This document shows positions 38,301-47,169 of a stretch of 64,000 nucleotides of DNA, piece after piece (positions within the stretch are counted from its first letter, which is position 1; every line of letters begins with the position of its first letter). Origin of the DNA: Candidatus Sericytochromatia bacterium (GTDB lineage Bacteria > Cyanobacteriota > Sericytochromatia > S15B-MN24 > UBA4093); contig JAKFBU010000027.1 of NCBI GenBank assembly GCA_036676985.1, positions 233,354 to 297,353 on the forward strand, given 5' to 3'. The position numbers and the translations under genes were made by a program. Below the pieces are notes generated by a model. That model worked only from the letters and a program-made list of their open reading frames with translations. It made no database searches and was not told where the DNA came from.

Positions 38301-38437
38301 AGGCCTACCGCCGGCTGTCCGCGGCCTCGCGGCGGGGACCCGCCATGTTCTCGGGCGTGGTCGAGCAGGATCGCGGGGAGTTCCTGTTGGTCGTCAACGA
38401 GATCGAGGCCCTGAGCGATCGCTGGGGGGTGTCCTGA
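35393..38437 (+). CDS. dnaE2: DNA polymerase III alpha subunit, DnaE2-like (error-prone)
   Basis: PHP domain, RGSAAGS, PDIDMD, KMDLL, YGFVKAHA, OB fold; SOS-boxed and coupled to dinB. Confidence 0.85.
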   Translation: MSQLVHLQTHSVYSLRRSLLGIDALVAAVAERGHRAVALTDVDGVYGMVPFVKAARSAGVKPIVGAELTLDVPGLVADKPHRVTLLARDARGYSNLSRLVSRFHLTDRVGVGLADLAAHARGLTLLTGGQHGALPRMQATMGPDAALKLLGDWKDAFGPEHCHVQLGPWWPASRLLELADKAGLGVVAAQEACYLRPEEEETWKLLQAGHGLGHPAPGPRHLATDAELLRAWKEVPRAIAAMGAIAETCRYEPVFGVPRLPEYRGIEGLSNPDYLRRLCAEGLERRYAGRPLHAEARERMQYELSVIEQMGFVDYFLIAWDIVRFARSRGIPYIPRGSAAGSLVLHLLDVTSICPLEHTLCFERFLHVERKALPDIDMDFDWERRDELIDYCFSIYGEDHVARIATHQHHGPRGAIRLAGAAHGLEEETVGKLARKMPWSGPVASAPDIQGLPLHKEPYKSLIATADSFQGLPDHLSLHPCGIVISREPLTEVVPLEASAMGPIVTQFEMHGVEEVGLLKMDLLCNRNLRILADVVALVEQRHGIRLVPDELPLDDARAFELIRTGRTLGIYQLESGGVQGLLRQFLPTHVEDITAITSLYRPGPIDGGITPRYVARRHGQEPVTYPDPCLEGVLKHTYGLILFQEQCLQVTSVYAGMSMGASDNLRRGIAKRIRPEVERIKAPFFEGAARLGRDPRCTEEVWRLLESFAGYGFVKAHAASCASLAVREAYIKARWPVEYLACVLSTGMGYYPARVYVEDARHFGAEIALPCVNRSGATYTVEGENVLRVGLSYLHGIGPAGVRAILDAREAGPFTSLADLKHRTGLARPELETLIRLGACECFGLSRPVLLRELSGLGKSTPPPASQLRLFTEVDRPAPKVPDHGDYPLAMRQSIEREMLGFTVTVQPLPREVGSVSFAEAKALPRKARVSVVAEVVSRFGHRTKKGERMSFLTLSDGVEHCQAVLFPEAYRRLSAASRRGPAMFSGVVEQDRGEFLLVVNEIEALSDRWGVS

Positions 38438-39618
38438 TGGCCCGGAGCATCATGCACGTGGACATGGATGCGTTCTTTGCCTCCATCGCGCAACTCGACA
38501 ACCCGAGCCTCCGGGGCAAGCCCGTCATCGTGGGCGGCCACTCGATCAAGCGCGGGGTGGTGGCGAGTGCGAGCTACGAGGCGCGGGCCTTCGGCGTGCG
38601 CTCGGCCATGCCTCTCTACAAGGCCGTGGAGCTCTGCCCCCATGCCATCCGGGTGACGGTCCGCATGGACCGCTACCGCGAGGTGAACCGCCAGCTCCAG
38701 GAGATCTGGGGGCGCTTCGCCCCCCTGGTCGAGCCCGTGGGCTTCGACGAGGCCTACCTCGACATGACGGGCACCGAGGCCCTCCTCGGCCCGCCCGAGC
38801 AGGTGGCCTACGCCATCCGGGCGGCCATCCTCGCCGAGACGCAGCTCAGCGCCTCGGTGGGGGCCGGCAGCTCGAAGCTGCTGGCCAAGATCGCCTCGAA
38901 AGCGGCCAAGCCCTCGGGCGTCTGCGTCGTGCCCCAGGGCGAGGAGATGGAGTGGCTGCACCCGCGCGACGTGGGGCTCATCCCGGGCGTCGGGCACCGC
39001 ACCCGCGAGCGGCTGGAGGCCCTGAACATCCGCACCATCGGGCAGCTCGCCGACGAGAGCCTGGAGAAGCTCATCGAGGACTTCGGTGCGCAGGGAGCGG
39101 ACCTCTACCTCATCGCCCAGGGCAAGGATCCCCGTCCAGTGACGCCTGGCGGGCCGCCCAAGAGCATCGGGGGCGAAGAGACCTTCGACGGCGACAGCGC
39201 GGATCCCGTCTACCTGCGCCGCCGCCTGCTCAAGATCGTCTGCGAATTGGGCTACCGCCTGCGAAAGCAGGGCCTGACGGCCGCGACCGTCTCGGCCAAG
39301 CTGCGCTACGCCAAGACCTTCGAGACGCTCGAGCGGAGCCTGACATTGCTTGCGGCCTCGGACGACGACGACGTCTTCTACGAGACGGCCTGGAAGCTCC
39401 TGAAGGCGGGGTGGGACGGCAAGCGCCCCCTGCGGCTGGTGGGCGCCACGCTCTCCAACTTCCAGCCGAACGCCCAGCTCACGCTGTTCTCCATGGGCAA
39501 GAGCCGGAACTCGACGGCCCTGCACCAGGCCCTGGACAACATCCGCGGGCGCTACGGCCTGGAGGCGGTGCAGCGAGGGGCGTTGGTGGGCGATCGCCGC
39601 GCCCGAAAGCGGAGGTAG
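38437..39618 (+). CDS. dinB: DNA polymerase IV (Y family)
   Basis: HVDMDAFFAS, ASYEARAFGVRSAMP, GFDEAYLD, LAKIAS, QLTLF; TGATG coupling. Confidence 0.93.
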   Translation: MARSIMHVDMDAFFASIAQLDNPSLRGKPVIVGGHSIKRGVVASASYEARAFGVRSAMPLYKAVELCPHAIRVTVRMDRYREVNRQLQEIWGRFAPLVEPVGFDEAYLDMTGTEALLGPPEQVAYAIRAAILAETQLSASVGAGSSKLLAKIASKAAKPSGVCVVPQGEEMEWLHPRDVGLIPGVGHRTRERLEALNIRTIGQLADESLEKLIEDFGAQGADLYLIAQGKDPRPVTPGGPPKSIGGEETFDGDSADPVYLRRRLLKIVCELGYRLRKQGLTAATVSAKLRYAKTFETLERSLTLLAASDDDDVFYETAWKLLKAGWDGKRPLRLVGATLSNFQPNAQLTLFSMGKSRNSTALHQALDNIRGRYGLEAVQRGALVGDRRARKRR

Positions 39619-39622
39619 GAGC

Positions 39623-39889
39623 ATGCACGAGTTGAAGCAGCGACCGTTCGAGCTCCTCATGCTCCTGGTCTCGTTCCACGAGCGCCGACGCCAGCCGCCC
39701 TCCCTGCGGGAGCTGGCGAAGCTCTTGGGGATAGGATCCGTCTCGACGGTGCACCACCACGTGACGGTGCTCGAGCGTGAGGGCTACCTTGAGCGCCTGC
39801 CCACGCAGAACCGGGCCATCCGGCTGACGGACAAGGCCTTCGAGCACTGCCGGCAGTCGCTAAGGACCAGACGCACGGGCCAACGCTAG
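39623..39889 (+). CDS. LexA DNA-binding-domain-only protein
   Basis: PPSLRELAKLLGIGSVSTVHHHVTVLEREGYL..RAIRL; no Ala-Gly site or S24 peptidase domain. Confidence 0.8.
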   Translation: MHELKQRPFELLMLLVSFHERRRQPPSLRELAKLLGIGSVSTVHHHVTVLEREGYLERLPTQNRAIRLTDKAFEHCRQSLRTRRTGQR

Positions 39890-40009
39890 CCCCCGAGCGT
39901 CCCTCCGTCCTCCTGAAGCGAGCAAGCGACCGGATTTAGGGCGAATTGCCCGCTAAGCTTCGGCCGGAGTACCCGTGAACCGAAGCTTGCCCCGTGCAAG
40001 CATGGCGCC

Positions 40010-40648
40010 ATGACCACGATCCGCAAACTCGTCCCGCGGGCGATCGTCCTGCTCGGACTCCTGAGCCCGACCGGGTGCGAGGGCCCTCGACCGGTCGCCC
40101 TGCTCGCCTTCTGGGACGCGAGCGCCTCCTCGCTCCCCTTCCAGAAGGAGTGCCAGGAGATCATCCCGCAGCAGACGCGGCGGCTGCTCCCCAAGGACTC
40201 CCTGAGCCTGTACCGGGTGGCCCAGACCGTGACCACCGTGCATGCGGGCCCCGCGCTCGGCAACAGCCTGAAATCGACCTTCCGGACCTACTTTCAGGTC
40301 GATCCGAAGGAGCGGGGCACGTCCATGGGCATGGCCTTCCGCCTGGCGAGCCGCGACGCCCACCAGCTCGCAACAGCAGGCTATCGCCCGGTCATCCTGT
40401 TCCTCGGGGACCTGGCGGACGAACGCGGCCCGGGCACCGAGAACATCGACTGGGAAAGCCTGCCCCGCCTCGCAGCCGAGCTGCCGCCCGAGACCAAGAT
40501 CGTCTGCATGTTCAGCGAGCCGCACTTCACCGAGCGTCTCACCTCGAGCCTGCTGCCCATCCTCAAGGATCGCCTGATCCTCATCAACCCGGAGCTCGCC
40601 CGGAGCACCGGCGGGCGCCGGCTCCTGCGCGACGCGATCGGACGCTAG
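40010..40648 (+). CDS. vWA-like lipoprotein
   Basis: Putative lipobox PTGC; MIDAS-like DASAS ... GTS ... LFLGD. Confidence 0.6.
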   Translation: MTTIRKLVPRAIVLLGLLSPTGCEGPRPVALLAFWDASASSLPFQKECQEIIPQQTRRLLPKDSLSLYRVAQTVTTVHAGPALGNSLKSTFRTYFQVDPKERGTSMGMAFRLASRDAHQLATAGYRPVILFLGDLADERGPGTENIDWESLPRLAAELPPETKIVCMFSEPHFTERLTSSLLPILKDRLILINPELARSTGGRRLLRDAIGR

Positions 40649-40657
40649 GAGGACACC

Positions 40658-41482
40658 ATGAGCGAACAAGGCAACGTCCTCGCCGAGGCCTTGCTCCAGG
40701 CCATCCAGGCCTACCATGCCCATGGCACCAAGGAAGCCGACCTTCGCCTCGGCCGCGACGACGAGGCCCTCAGAGAGTGGAAGGTCCAGCGCAAGGAGCA
40801 CCTGCTCGAGGTCAAGGCGCGCGCTCGCGCCTACGAGAATCAGCAGGACCTCACGCCGACCGAACGCCAAGAGCTCGGCAGGCGGGGGCACGGCCTGCTC
40901 AAGCGGCGCTACGGCCTGTACGTCCTGTCGGGTCTCGTCATCATCGTGGCGAGCTACCCGGCGAGCCTCTCGGCCGCCACCATCCTCGGCGCCCCGATCA
41001 CCATGGTCGGGGACATGAAAGTCGTCTGGCCCTTGTGGGTCTGGTTCTCGCTCTTGGTCCTGGTCGCCGAGCTCCTGCTGGTGACGAGCATCTCGCGGCT
41101 GCTCTGGCATGCCGACGTGAGCGCGAACCTCGAGACGGCCCAGGCCCTGGACGAGTCGGAGCGACGCCAGGGCAAGCGCATGGAGATCCGGGATCCGGCC
41201 CAGCAGAAGCGGGCCCGGCTCTGGCTGTGGGGGCAGATCGCGCTCGCGACGATGCTCGTCCTCATCGACTTCGCGGCCAACGTCCAGTTCCTGTTGACCG
41301 AGAGCGAAGCCAGCATGGGCCTCTCCTACTTCCTGGCCTTCGCGGGCTTCATCTCCTTCATCGGCATCTCCGTCCTGCTCGGCCGCGCCAAGCACCAGGA
41401 GGACTGGATCGATAGCGCCCTGCGCAAGAAGCGGGATCCCAAGAACCGACACTTCGGCGGCCTCGCCAACGGCGGACTCTAG
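40658..41482 (+). CDS. Uncharacterised 4-TM membrane protein
   Basis: AGGAGG RBS; charged helical N-terminus and two TM hairpins. Confidence 0.7.
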   Translation: MSEQGNVLAEALLQAIQAYHAHGTKEADLRLGRDDEALREWKVQRKEHLLEVKARARAYENQQDLTPTERQELGRRGHGLLKRRYGLYVLSGLVIIVASYPASLSAATILGAPITMVGDMKVVWPLWVWFSLLVLVAELLLVTSISRLLWHADVSANLETAQALDESERRQGKRMEIRDPAQQKRARLWLWGQIALATMLVLIDFAANVQFLLTESEASMGLSYFLAFAGFISFIGISVLLGRAKHQEDWIDSALRKKRDPKNRHFGGLANGGL

Positions 41483-41583
41483 CCCGTCGATTCGGGGTCT
41501 CGAGCACCCGCCGCTGCGACAATCGTGGGCATTTGGGGTTTAAAGCAGATAGCCGTTCGCACCGCCCCCCCCCCAGAGGCCCC

Positions 41584-44565
41584 ATGCACGAATCAACCCT
41601 TTCCACCTCCTCCGTCACCTCGCCGACCGGGCGCGTGACGCTCGTCTTCACGGACGTCCAGGGCTCCACCAACCTCTGGGAGCGCCACACCGACGCCATG
41701 CGCGCCGCCCTGACGCTGCACAACCAGGAGCTCCGGCAGTTGCTCGCCCAGAGCGGCGGCTACGAGGTGAAGACCGAGGGCGACGCCTTCATGCTCGCCT
41801 TCACCAGCCCCGATGCCGCCCTGCACTGGTGTCTCGCGGCCCAGGAGACCCTGCTCGGGCTCGACTGGCCCCACGAGCTCTTGAGCCACGAGGACGCCTG
41901 CGAGGTGCACCGCCCGGACGGCACCCTCCTCTTCCGGGGCTTGCGGGTGCGCATGGGCCTCCACACCGGCGAGCCCGAATGCCGCCCGGACCCCGTGACC
42001 GGCCGCATGGACTACTTCGGCCCCATGGTCAACCGTGCCGCCCGCATCGCGAGCGCGGCCCACGGCGGCCAGATCGTGGTCGGATCCGACGCCTGGAAGG
42101 CACTCGAGACCCGGCTCGCGGAGCTGGGATCCCCCGAGGCCCGCGAGCTCGGAACCTTCCACTTCAAGGGCCTGCTCGAGCCAGAAGCCCTCGTGCAACT
42201 GCTGCCGAGGACGCTCGGCGATCGCGCCTTCCCGCCTCCCAAGGCGCAGGACGTCAAGAAGACCAACCTGGTCCCGAATCCCAGCCGCTTCATCGGACGC
42301 GCGAACGACCTGCGCCGGCTGCAGGACCTCTTCGGCGAGGGGTCCCGCCTCGTCACCCTGCTCGGCCCCGGCGGCACGGGCAAGACCCGGCTCTCCCAGC
42401 AGTTCGCCGTCGAGAACCCGGGCGACTTCGAGGGGGGCGCGTGGTTCTGCGATCTGACCGAGGCCACCACGGTCGAGAGCATCTGCGAGGCCGTCGCCGC
42501 CGTCCTGGACATCCCCCTGACCGTGGCCCGAACCGACGCCGACATGGTGCGCCGGATCGGAGACGCGCTCGCCGGCCGCTCGCGAACGCTCGTCATCCTC
42601 GACAACTTCGAGCAGCTGGTCGAGCAGGCCGCAGCCACCGTCGGCCAGTGGCTGAAGCAGGCCCCGCAGGGGGTCTTTCTCGTCAACTCGCGCGAGCTCC
42701 TGCGTCTGCCGGGCGAGGTGGCCTACGAGCTTTCCCCGCTCGGCCTGCCGAACGACCCGGCGGACATCGCGGGATCGGAGGCCGTGCAGCTCTTCGTGGA
42801 CCGCGTGCGCGCCGTCCGACAAGACTACGAACTCGCCGACAGCGAGGCCGCAACCGTCGCCGAGATCGTGCGCCAGCTGGACGGCATCCCGCTCGCCATC
42901 GAGCTCGCCGCGGCCCGCATGAGCGTGCTCACCGCCGCCAAGCTGCTCGAGCGCCTTCCCAGGCGCTTCGACCTGCTCTCGAGCGGCAGGCGGGATGCCA
43001 GCGCGCGCCAGGCGACCCTCAAGGGCCTCATCGACTGGTCCTGGAACCTCCTGCAGCCCTGGGAGCAGGCCGCGCTGATGCAGTGCTCCGTCTTCCGGGG
43101 CGGCTTCACCCTCGAGGCCGCCGAGGCAGTCCTGGACCTCTCGGACTACCCCGACGCCCCCTGGACCATGGACGTGATCCAGAGCCTGCGCGAGAAATCG
43201 CTGCTCAAGACCCAGCCCTGCTCTCTGGAGCCGCGCTTCGGCATGTACCTGAGCATCTGGGACTACGCGCACCTGAAGCTGGAGGCAATGGGACCGGCAG
43301 ACGCCGTCCGTGACCGCCATGCGGCTTACTACCTGGACATGGCGCAGCATGCCAGGGGCATCCTGACCGACCCCAAGACGCTCCCGCGGCTGGCCGTCGA
43401 GCGCGAAAACTTCCACGAGATCCATGCCCGGGCCAGCGCCATCTCCCCGCCCACCGCCGAGAGCGTCAACCGCACTCTGCAGGCCGCCCTGGCGCTCGAC
43501 CCCGTCCAAACCGTCCGGGGGCCCTTCGGCCCGCACTTCCAGCTCCTGGACCATGCCCTGCGCCATGCCGAGCTGCCGGGCGTCTCGGCTGCCCTGCGGG
43601 GACGGGCCCTGGATGCTCGGGGACGTTGTAACCGCTTGCTCGGCAAGATGGCCGAAAGCCTCCAGGATCATCAACAGGCGCTCGCGCTCGCCACCGAAAC
43701 CGGCGACATGGAGCTCGAAGCCATCAGCAGCCAGATGATCGGACTCATCCATCAGAACACGGGCGCCCTGACAGAGGCCAGACAGTGCTACGACCGGGCC
43801 CTCGCCATCGCCCAGACGCTACCCGTCAACCCCTACGAAGGCCGCATCATGATGGCCATGGGCTACCTGCACCTCGAAGAGGGGCAGCCCGAAAAGGCCC
43901 TTCCTATCCTCATCCGATCCGTCGAACTGCTGCATGCCATAGGAGACGAGCGCTTCGAGGGCATTGCCCGCAGCCACCAGGGCTATGTCCTGCTCGAATT
44001 GGGACGCAACGACGAAGCCTACAAGTGCTTCGAGGCCGCGATCCAGCTCTGCCGCAAGGTGGGCGATCGCCGCTTCGAGGGGATCATCTACGGCACCTAC
44101 GGTGATCAGGCCTTCCTCGAATGGCGCCTGGACGATGCCCTCCTCCACTACGAGCGGAGCCTCGCCATGGTCCGGGAGGTGGGCGAGCTCCGGTTCGAGA
44201 AGCTGTACATGTGTCGCAAGGGAGGCGTACTGGCCGCCATGGATCAGCACGCCGAAGCCGAACGGGTCCTGGAACGCGTCGGCGCGAACCTGTCGGAGGC
44301 CTTCGACCCGGTCAACCGGACCGTGATGGCCCTCCATGCCGCCCAGCTGCAGCTGGCCCGCGCCCGAGCCGCCACGGCCGCCGGGGGGTACGACGTCGGG
44401 CCATGGCTCGCGGACATCCAGACGCTGCTCACGGAGTGCGAGGAGCCCGGCCCGGCCACCCCGGAGCATCCGAACGGCCAACCCTCCAAGGTCTCGCAGT
44501 CCGACGAGATCCGGCTCTCGGTGCGCATGCTGCGCCGCGACCTCGCGCGGCCGGACTCCAAGTAG
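41584..44565 (+). CDS. Adenylate/guanylate cyclase + NB-ARC ATPase + TPR (STAND) protein
   Basis: FTDVQGST, EGDAF, VNRAARI; GPGGTGKT; LDNFE; DGIPLAIELAA; C-terminal TPRs. Confidence 0.9.
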   Translation: MHESTLSTSSVTSPTGRVTLVFTDVQGSTNLWERHTDAMRAALTLHNQELRQLLAQSGGYEVKTEGDAFMLAFTSPDAALHWCLAAQETLLGLDWPHELLSHEDACEVHRPDGTLLFRGLRVRMGLHTGEPECRPDPVTGRMDYFGPMVNRAARIASAAHGGQIVVGSDAWKALETRLAELGSPEARELGTFHFKGLLEPEALVQLLPRTLGDRAFPPPKAQDVKKTNLVPNPSRFIGRANDLRRLQDLFGEGSRLVTLLGPGGTGKTRLSQQFAVENPGDFEGGAWFCDLTEATTVESICEAVAAVLDIPLTVARTDADMVRRIGDALAGRSRTLVILDNFEQLVEQAAATVGQWLKQAPQGVFLVNSRELLRLPGEVAYELSPLGLPNDPADIAGSEAVQLFVDRVRAVRQDYELADSEAATVAEIVRQLDGIPLAIELAAARMSVLTAAKLLERLPRRFDLLSSGRRDASARQATLKGLIDWSWNLLQPWEQAALMQCSVFRGGFTLEAAEAVLDLSDYPDAPWTMDVIQSLREKSLLKTQPCSLEPRFGMYLSIWDYAHLKLEAMGPADAVRDRHAAYYLDMAQHARGILTDPKTLPRLAVERENFHEIHARASAISPPTAESVNRTLQAALALDPVQTVRGPFGPHFQLLDHALRHAELPGVSAALRGRALDARGRCNRLLGKMAESLQDHQQALALATETGDMELEAISSQMIGLIHQNTGALTEARQCYDRALAIAQTLPVNPYEGRIMMAMGYLHLEEGQPEKALPILIRSVELLHAIGDERFEGIARSHQGYVLLELGRNDEAYKCFEAAIQLCRKVGDRRFEGIIYGTYGDQAFLEWRLDDALLHYERSLAMVREVGELRFEKLYMCRKGGVLAAMDQHAEAERVLERVGANLSEAFDPVNRTVMALHAAQLQLARARAATAAGGYDVGPWLADIQTLLTECEEPGPATPEHPNGQPSKVSQSDEIRLSVRMLRRDLARPDSK

Positions 44566-44635
44566 GCGCACCGGAAGTCGATCGTCCCCCCAGGCCAATC
44601 ACACGATCCCAGCCTGGATATGGGACACTGGCGGC

Positions 44636-45322
44636 ATGCGCACCGCCGAACTCCTGACGCTCCTCCAGCGGTTGGGCCTCTACTTCGTCGTCACCCTCTC
44701 TCTGGCCTTCCTGGCGCTCGCAGGCTTCGCCGAGCTCGCCGAGGAAGTCCTCGAGGCGGAATTCAGGGGCTTCGATCGCACCGTACTCACCTGGGTCAAC
44801 GCGCACGTGCGCCCGGAGTGGACCCCGTACGTCCTGGAGCTCTCGTTCCTCGGCTCGCCGCTCGGCATCTCCCTCTGCGGCCTGCTGTTCGGCGTCCTGC
44901 TGCTCGGCCGAAAGAAGGCCTGGGACGCCCTGACCCTCCTGGTCCTCCTCTTCGGAGCCGGAGCCCTGACCGTGGGGCTCAAGAGCCTCTTCCGTCAGCC
45001 TCGGCCCGACCTCTTCCCACCCCTCACCCTCGAGACCAGCTTCGGCTTCCCGAGTGGCCACGCCCTGCTCGGGACCTGCTTCTTCGGCTACGTCGCCTAC
45101 TGGATCGTCGCCCAGGGCCCCAGGAGCTGGTGGCGCTGGGTATTGGCCGCCCTGTGCCTCGCAACGGCCGTCCTCATCTCGCTCAGCCGCCTGTACCTCG
45201 GCGTCCACTGGCCCACCGACCTCGCGGCCGGGACCCTCGTGGCAATCTTCTGGCTGTCAGGATGCCTATCCATCCGGCGCTGGATCGCCGTCACCCACGC
45301 CGGCACGGAAGGGCCGGGCTAG
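44636..45322 (+). CDS. PAP2-family phosphatase
   Basis: K..FRQPRP, FPSGH, SRLYLGVHWPTD. Confidence 0.92.
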   Translation: MRTAELLTLLQRLGLYFVVTLSLAFLALAGFAELAEEVLEAEFRGFDRTVLTWVNAHVRPEWTPYVLELSFLGSPLGISLCGLLFGVLLLGRKKAWDALTLLVLLFGAGALTVGLKSLFRQPRPDLFPPLTLETSFGFPSGHALLGTCFFGYVAYWIVAQGPRSWWRWVLAALCLATAVLISLSRLYLGVHWPTDLAAGTLVAIFWLSGCLSIRRWIAVTHAGTEGPG

Positions 45323-45353
45323 CAGCACCTACTCACTATCCCGACAACAAATT

Positions 45354-45387
45354 CCGTTTGTCTTGAGCCAGGTCGAAAGGCAAACGG
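45354..45387. repeat. REP-like palindrome, copy B
   Basis: CCGTTTGTCTTGAGCCAGGTCGAAAGGCAAACGG; 32/34 to the reverse complement of copy A. Confidence 0.75.
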
Positions 45388-45397
45388 TTCCTTACCC

Positions 45398-45946
45398 CTA
45401 GCCACGCTCGTAGGGCGTGAACACCTCCACCCGCTCGACGCCGGCCGAGGTCGTGAATTCGAGGTCCCAGCCCTCGATGGGGATGAGATCGAGCTGGCGG
45501 TTGCTCGCGATGAAGGGGATGAACCCCGCGAAGGTCAACGCCTGCCGCTTGCCCTTGGCAAGGGTCAGGCCCGGCAGGCGGATGGAGGCCGGACGGCTCG
45601 ACGCTTTGTCGCCCAGCTGGTGCTGGGTCTCGGCCTGAAAGACGTCGCTCGGCAGCGCGAGCAGGTCGCGCGTGACGTACTCTCCGAGCGCGAAATTGAC
45701 CTGGAGCTGGGTCCCGGGCACCCGCTCATGGCTGAGCCGGATCCGCTGCAGGGTGACAGGCCCATACAGCGCCCGGATCGTGAGGTTGACGTGGTAGTAG
45801 AGGCGCGGACCCGAGCGCGGCTCCGCGACGGCCGCCTCGATCGTCACCTGCAGGGTCGGCTTCCGGAAGAGCTGGACGACGAACCAGGAGCTCGCAACGA
45901 GCCCCAGGACGGCGACCACGAGTTTGAGGCTTTCCAGGACGTCCAT
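45398..45946 (-). CDS. Hypothetical protein with N-terminal TM anchor
   Basis: Hydrophobic N-terminus, beta-rich body. Confidence 0.6.
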   Translation of the reverse strand: MDVLESLKLVVAVLGLVASSWFVVQLFRKPTLQVTIEAAVAEPRSGPRLYYHVNLTIRALYGPVTLQRIRLSHERVPGTQLQVNFALGEYVTRDLLALPSDVFQAETQHQLGDKASSRPASIRLPGLTLAKGKRQALTFAGFIPFIASNRQLDLIPIEGWDLEFTTSAGVERVEVFTPYERG

Positions 45947-46028
45947 CGCTACGTGACCCAGGGCAAGGAGTGCCTCCCTATCCTAGCATCACCGGACGAG
46001 GAGGGGCCTTGCCTCGGGTCACGATGCG

Positions 46029-46508
46029 CTAGATTCCATTCTCGACCACCGGAAACCCGGCCTCCTTCCAGCCGGCGATGCCGCCCTGGAGGAGAAGCAT
46101 GTTCGTGTTCCCGTAAACCTGATTGACCGCTTGCGCCACACGGGCGCTACTCGCCTCGTCCACTCAGGCACAGTACAGGACGATGGTCTGATCTCGGCTC
46201 AACGTGGGGCCCCACACCTGATAGTCGGCACCCGGCAACGAGATCGCGCCCGCGATGTGCAGGAGGTCATAGGAAGCGCGGCCCCGGACGTCCGCGATCA
46301 CGATGTTCTCCCCCTGCGCGATCCGAGTCTGCACCTGCTGGGGCGTGATCCGCGTGAGGGAGAAGACGCCGGGCGCGGGTTTGGCTGCTGACTGGGGCGG
46401 TTCGGTGCTGCCGCCCGGCGTCGTGGTCGGTGGAGCGTTCGGGGGGGTCGTGGTGCAGCCCCACAGGACGATGGAAGATAGGGCAATGAATAGGGCTAGG
46501 CGTCGCAT
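46029..46508 (-). CDS. Rhodanese-domain lipoprotein with in-frame UGA (probable selenocysteine, CxU motif)
   Basis: Lipobox LWGC; DVRG..Y..HIAGA; IVLYCA-UGA-VDEASSAR continuing in frame to LQGGIAGWKEAGFPV and TAG. Confidence 0.85.
46122..46163 (-). promoter_or_regulatory. Candidate bacterial SECIS element
   Basis: GCGCC-CGUGU-GGCGC hairpin starting 16 nt after the UGA, with G near the start of the loop. Confidence 0.55.
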
Positions 46509-46632
46509 GGCCGTCTCCTGTTCGAAGGCATGGTTCCTTGCTCTACGAACGATAATGGACTTCCCGAACCGGGGACACGTCCAGTTTTCCAGGAGATTTT
46601 CGGCCGCCCTGTCAGGCTCCGGAGATGCCCGG

Positions 46633-47070
46633 CTAGCCTACCCGCGTCGCCTTGTACGCCGCTCGGCAGATGGCCAGCGGGGCCGACTCGGCCCGGGCGG
46701 AGGCCTCGACCAGCTCGGAGTCCTTGCCGCTGGGGGCGGGGCGCTGGAACCTCAGCGTGCAGACCCACTCACCGCCCTGAAGGCGCAGGTCGACCTGATC
46801 GTAGCCCTCGACCAGGGCCCAGGCCGCGCCGATGTCCGTCGAGTACTTGGGCAGCGCCTTGATCGAAAAGGTCGCAGGCGTGGCGTAGAGGTTGAGCGTC
46901 TCGGCCTCTTCGGCGCTGACCTGCTTGAGATCCTTGCCGCTCGGCAGGAGCCAGTGGGACGAGGCCAGTCCCAGGCGGATGGGGCCCTCGCCCTCCACCC
47001 AGCGCCAATCGAAGAAGAGGTGCGCGATCATCGCATCGCGCTCACGGACGGACATTTCGGCTTTGCTCAT
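46633..47070 (-). CDS. BC1872/phage ABA-sandwich domain protein
   Basis: PKYSTDIGAAWALVE ... APLAICRAA. Confidence 0.7.
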   Translation of the reverse strand: MSKAEMSVRERDAMIAHLFFDWRWVEGEGPIRLGLASSHWLLPSGKDLKQVSAEEAETLNLYATPATFSIKALPKYSTDIGAAWALVEGYDQVDLRLQGGEWVCTLRFQRPAPSGKDSELVEASARAESAPLAICRAAYKATRVG

Positions 47071-47169
47071 GGCTCAATTATAGCAACGAAGCCAGCCTGC
47101 GCGACAAGCCTCAGGGGCGGCACGACTCGCGTGCCGCCCCTGAGGTCCGAAGTCCCGTGATCGTGCGCG

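Noticed and set aside
36964-39618. 884-aa ORF suggesting an extended DinB
   Set aside because: The upstream part overlaps dnaE2 out of frame; DinB starts at the TGATG junction (38437)
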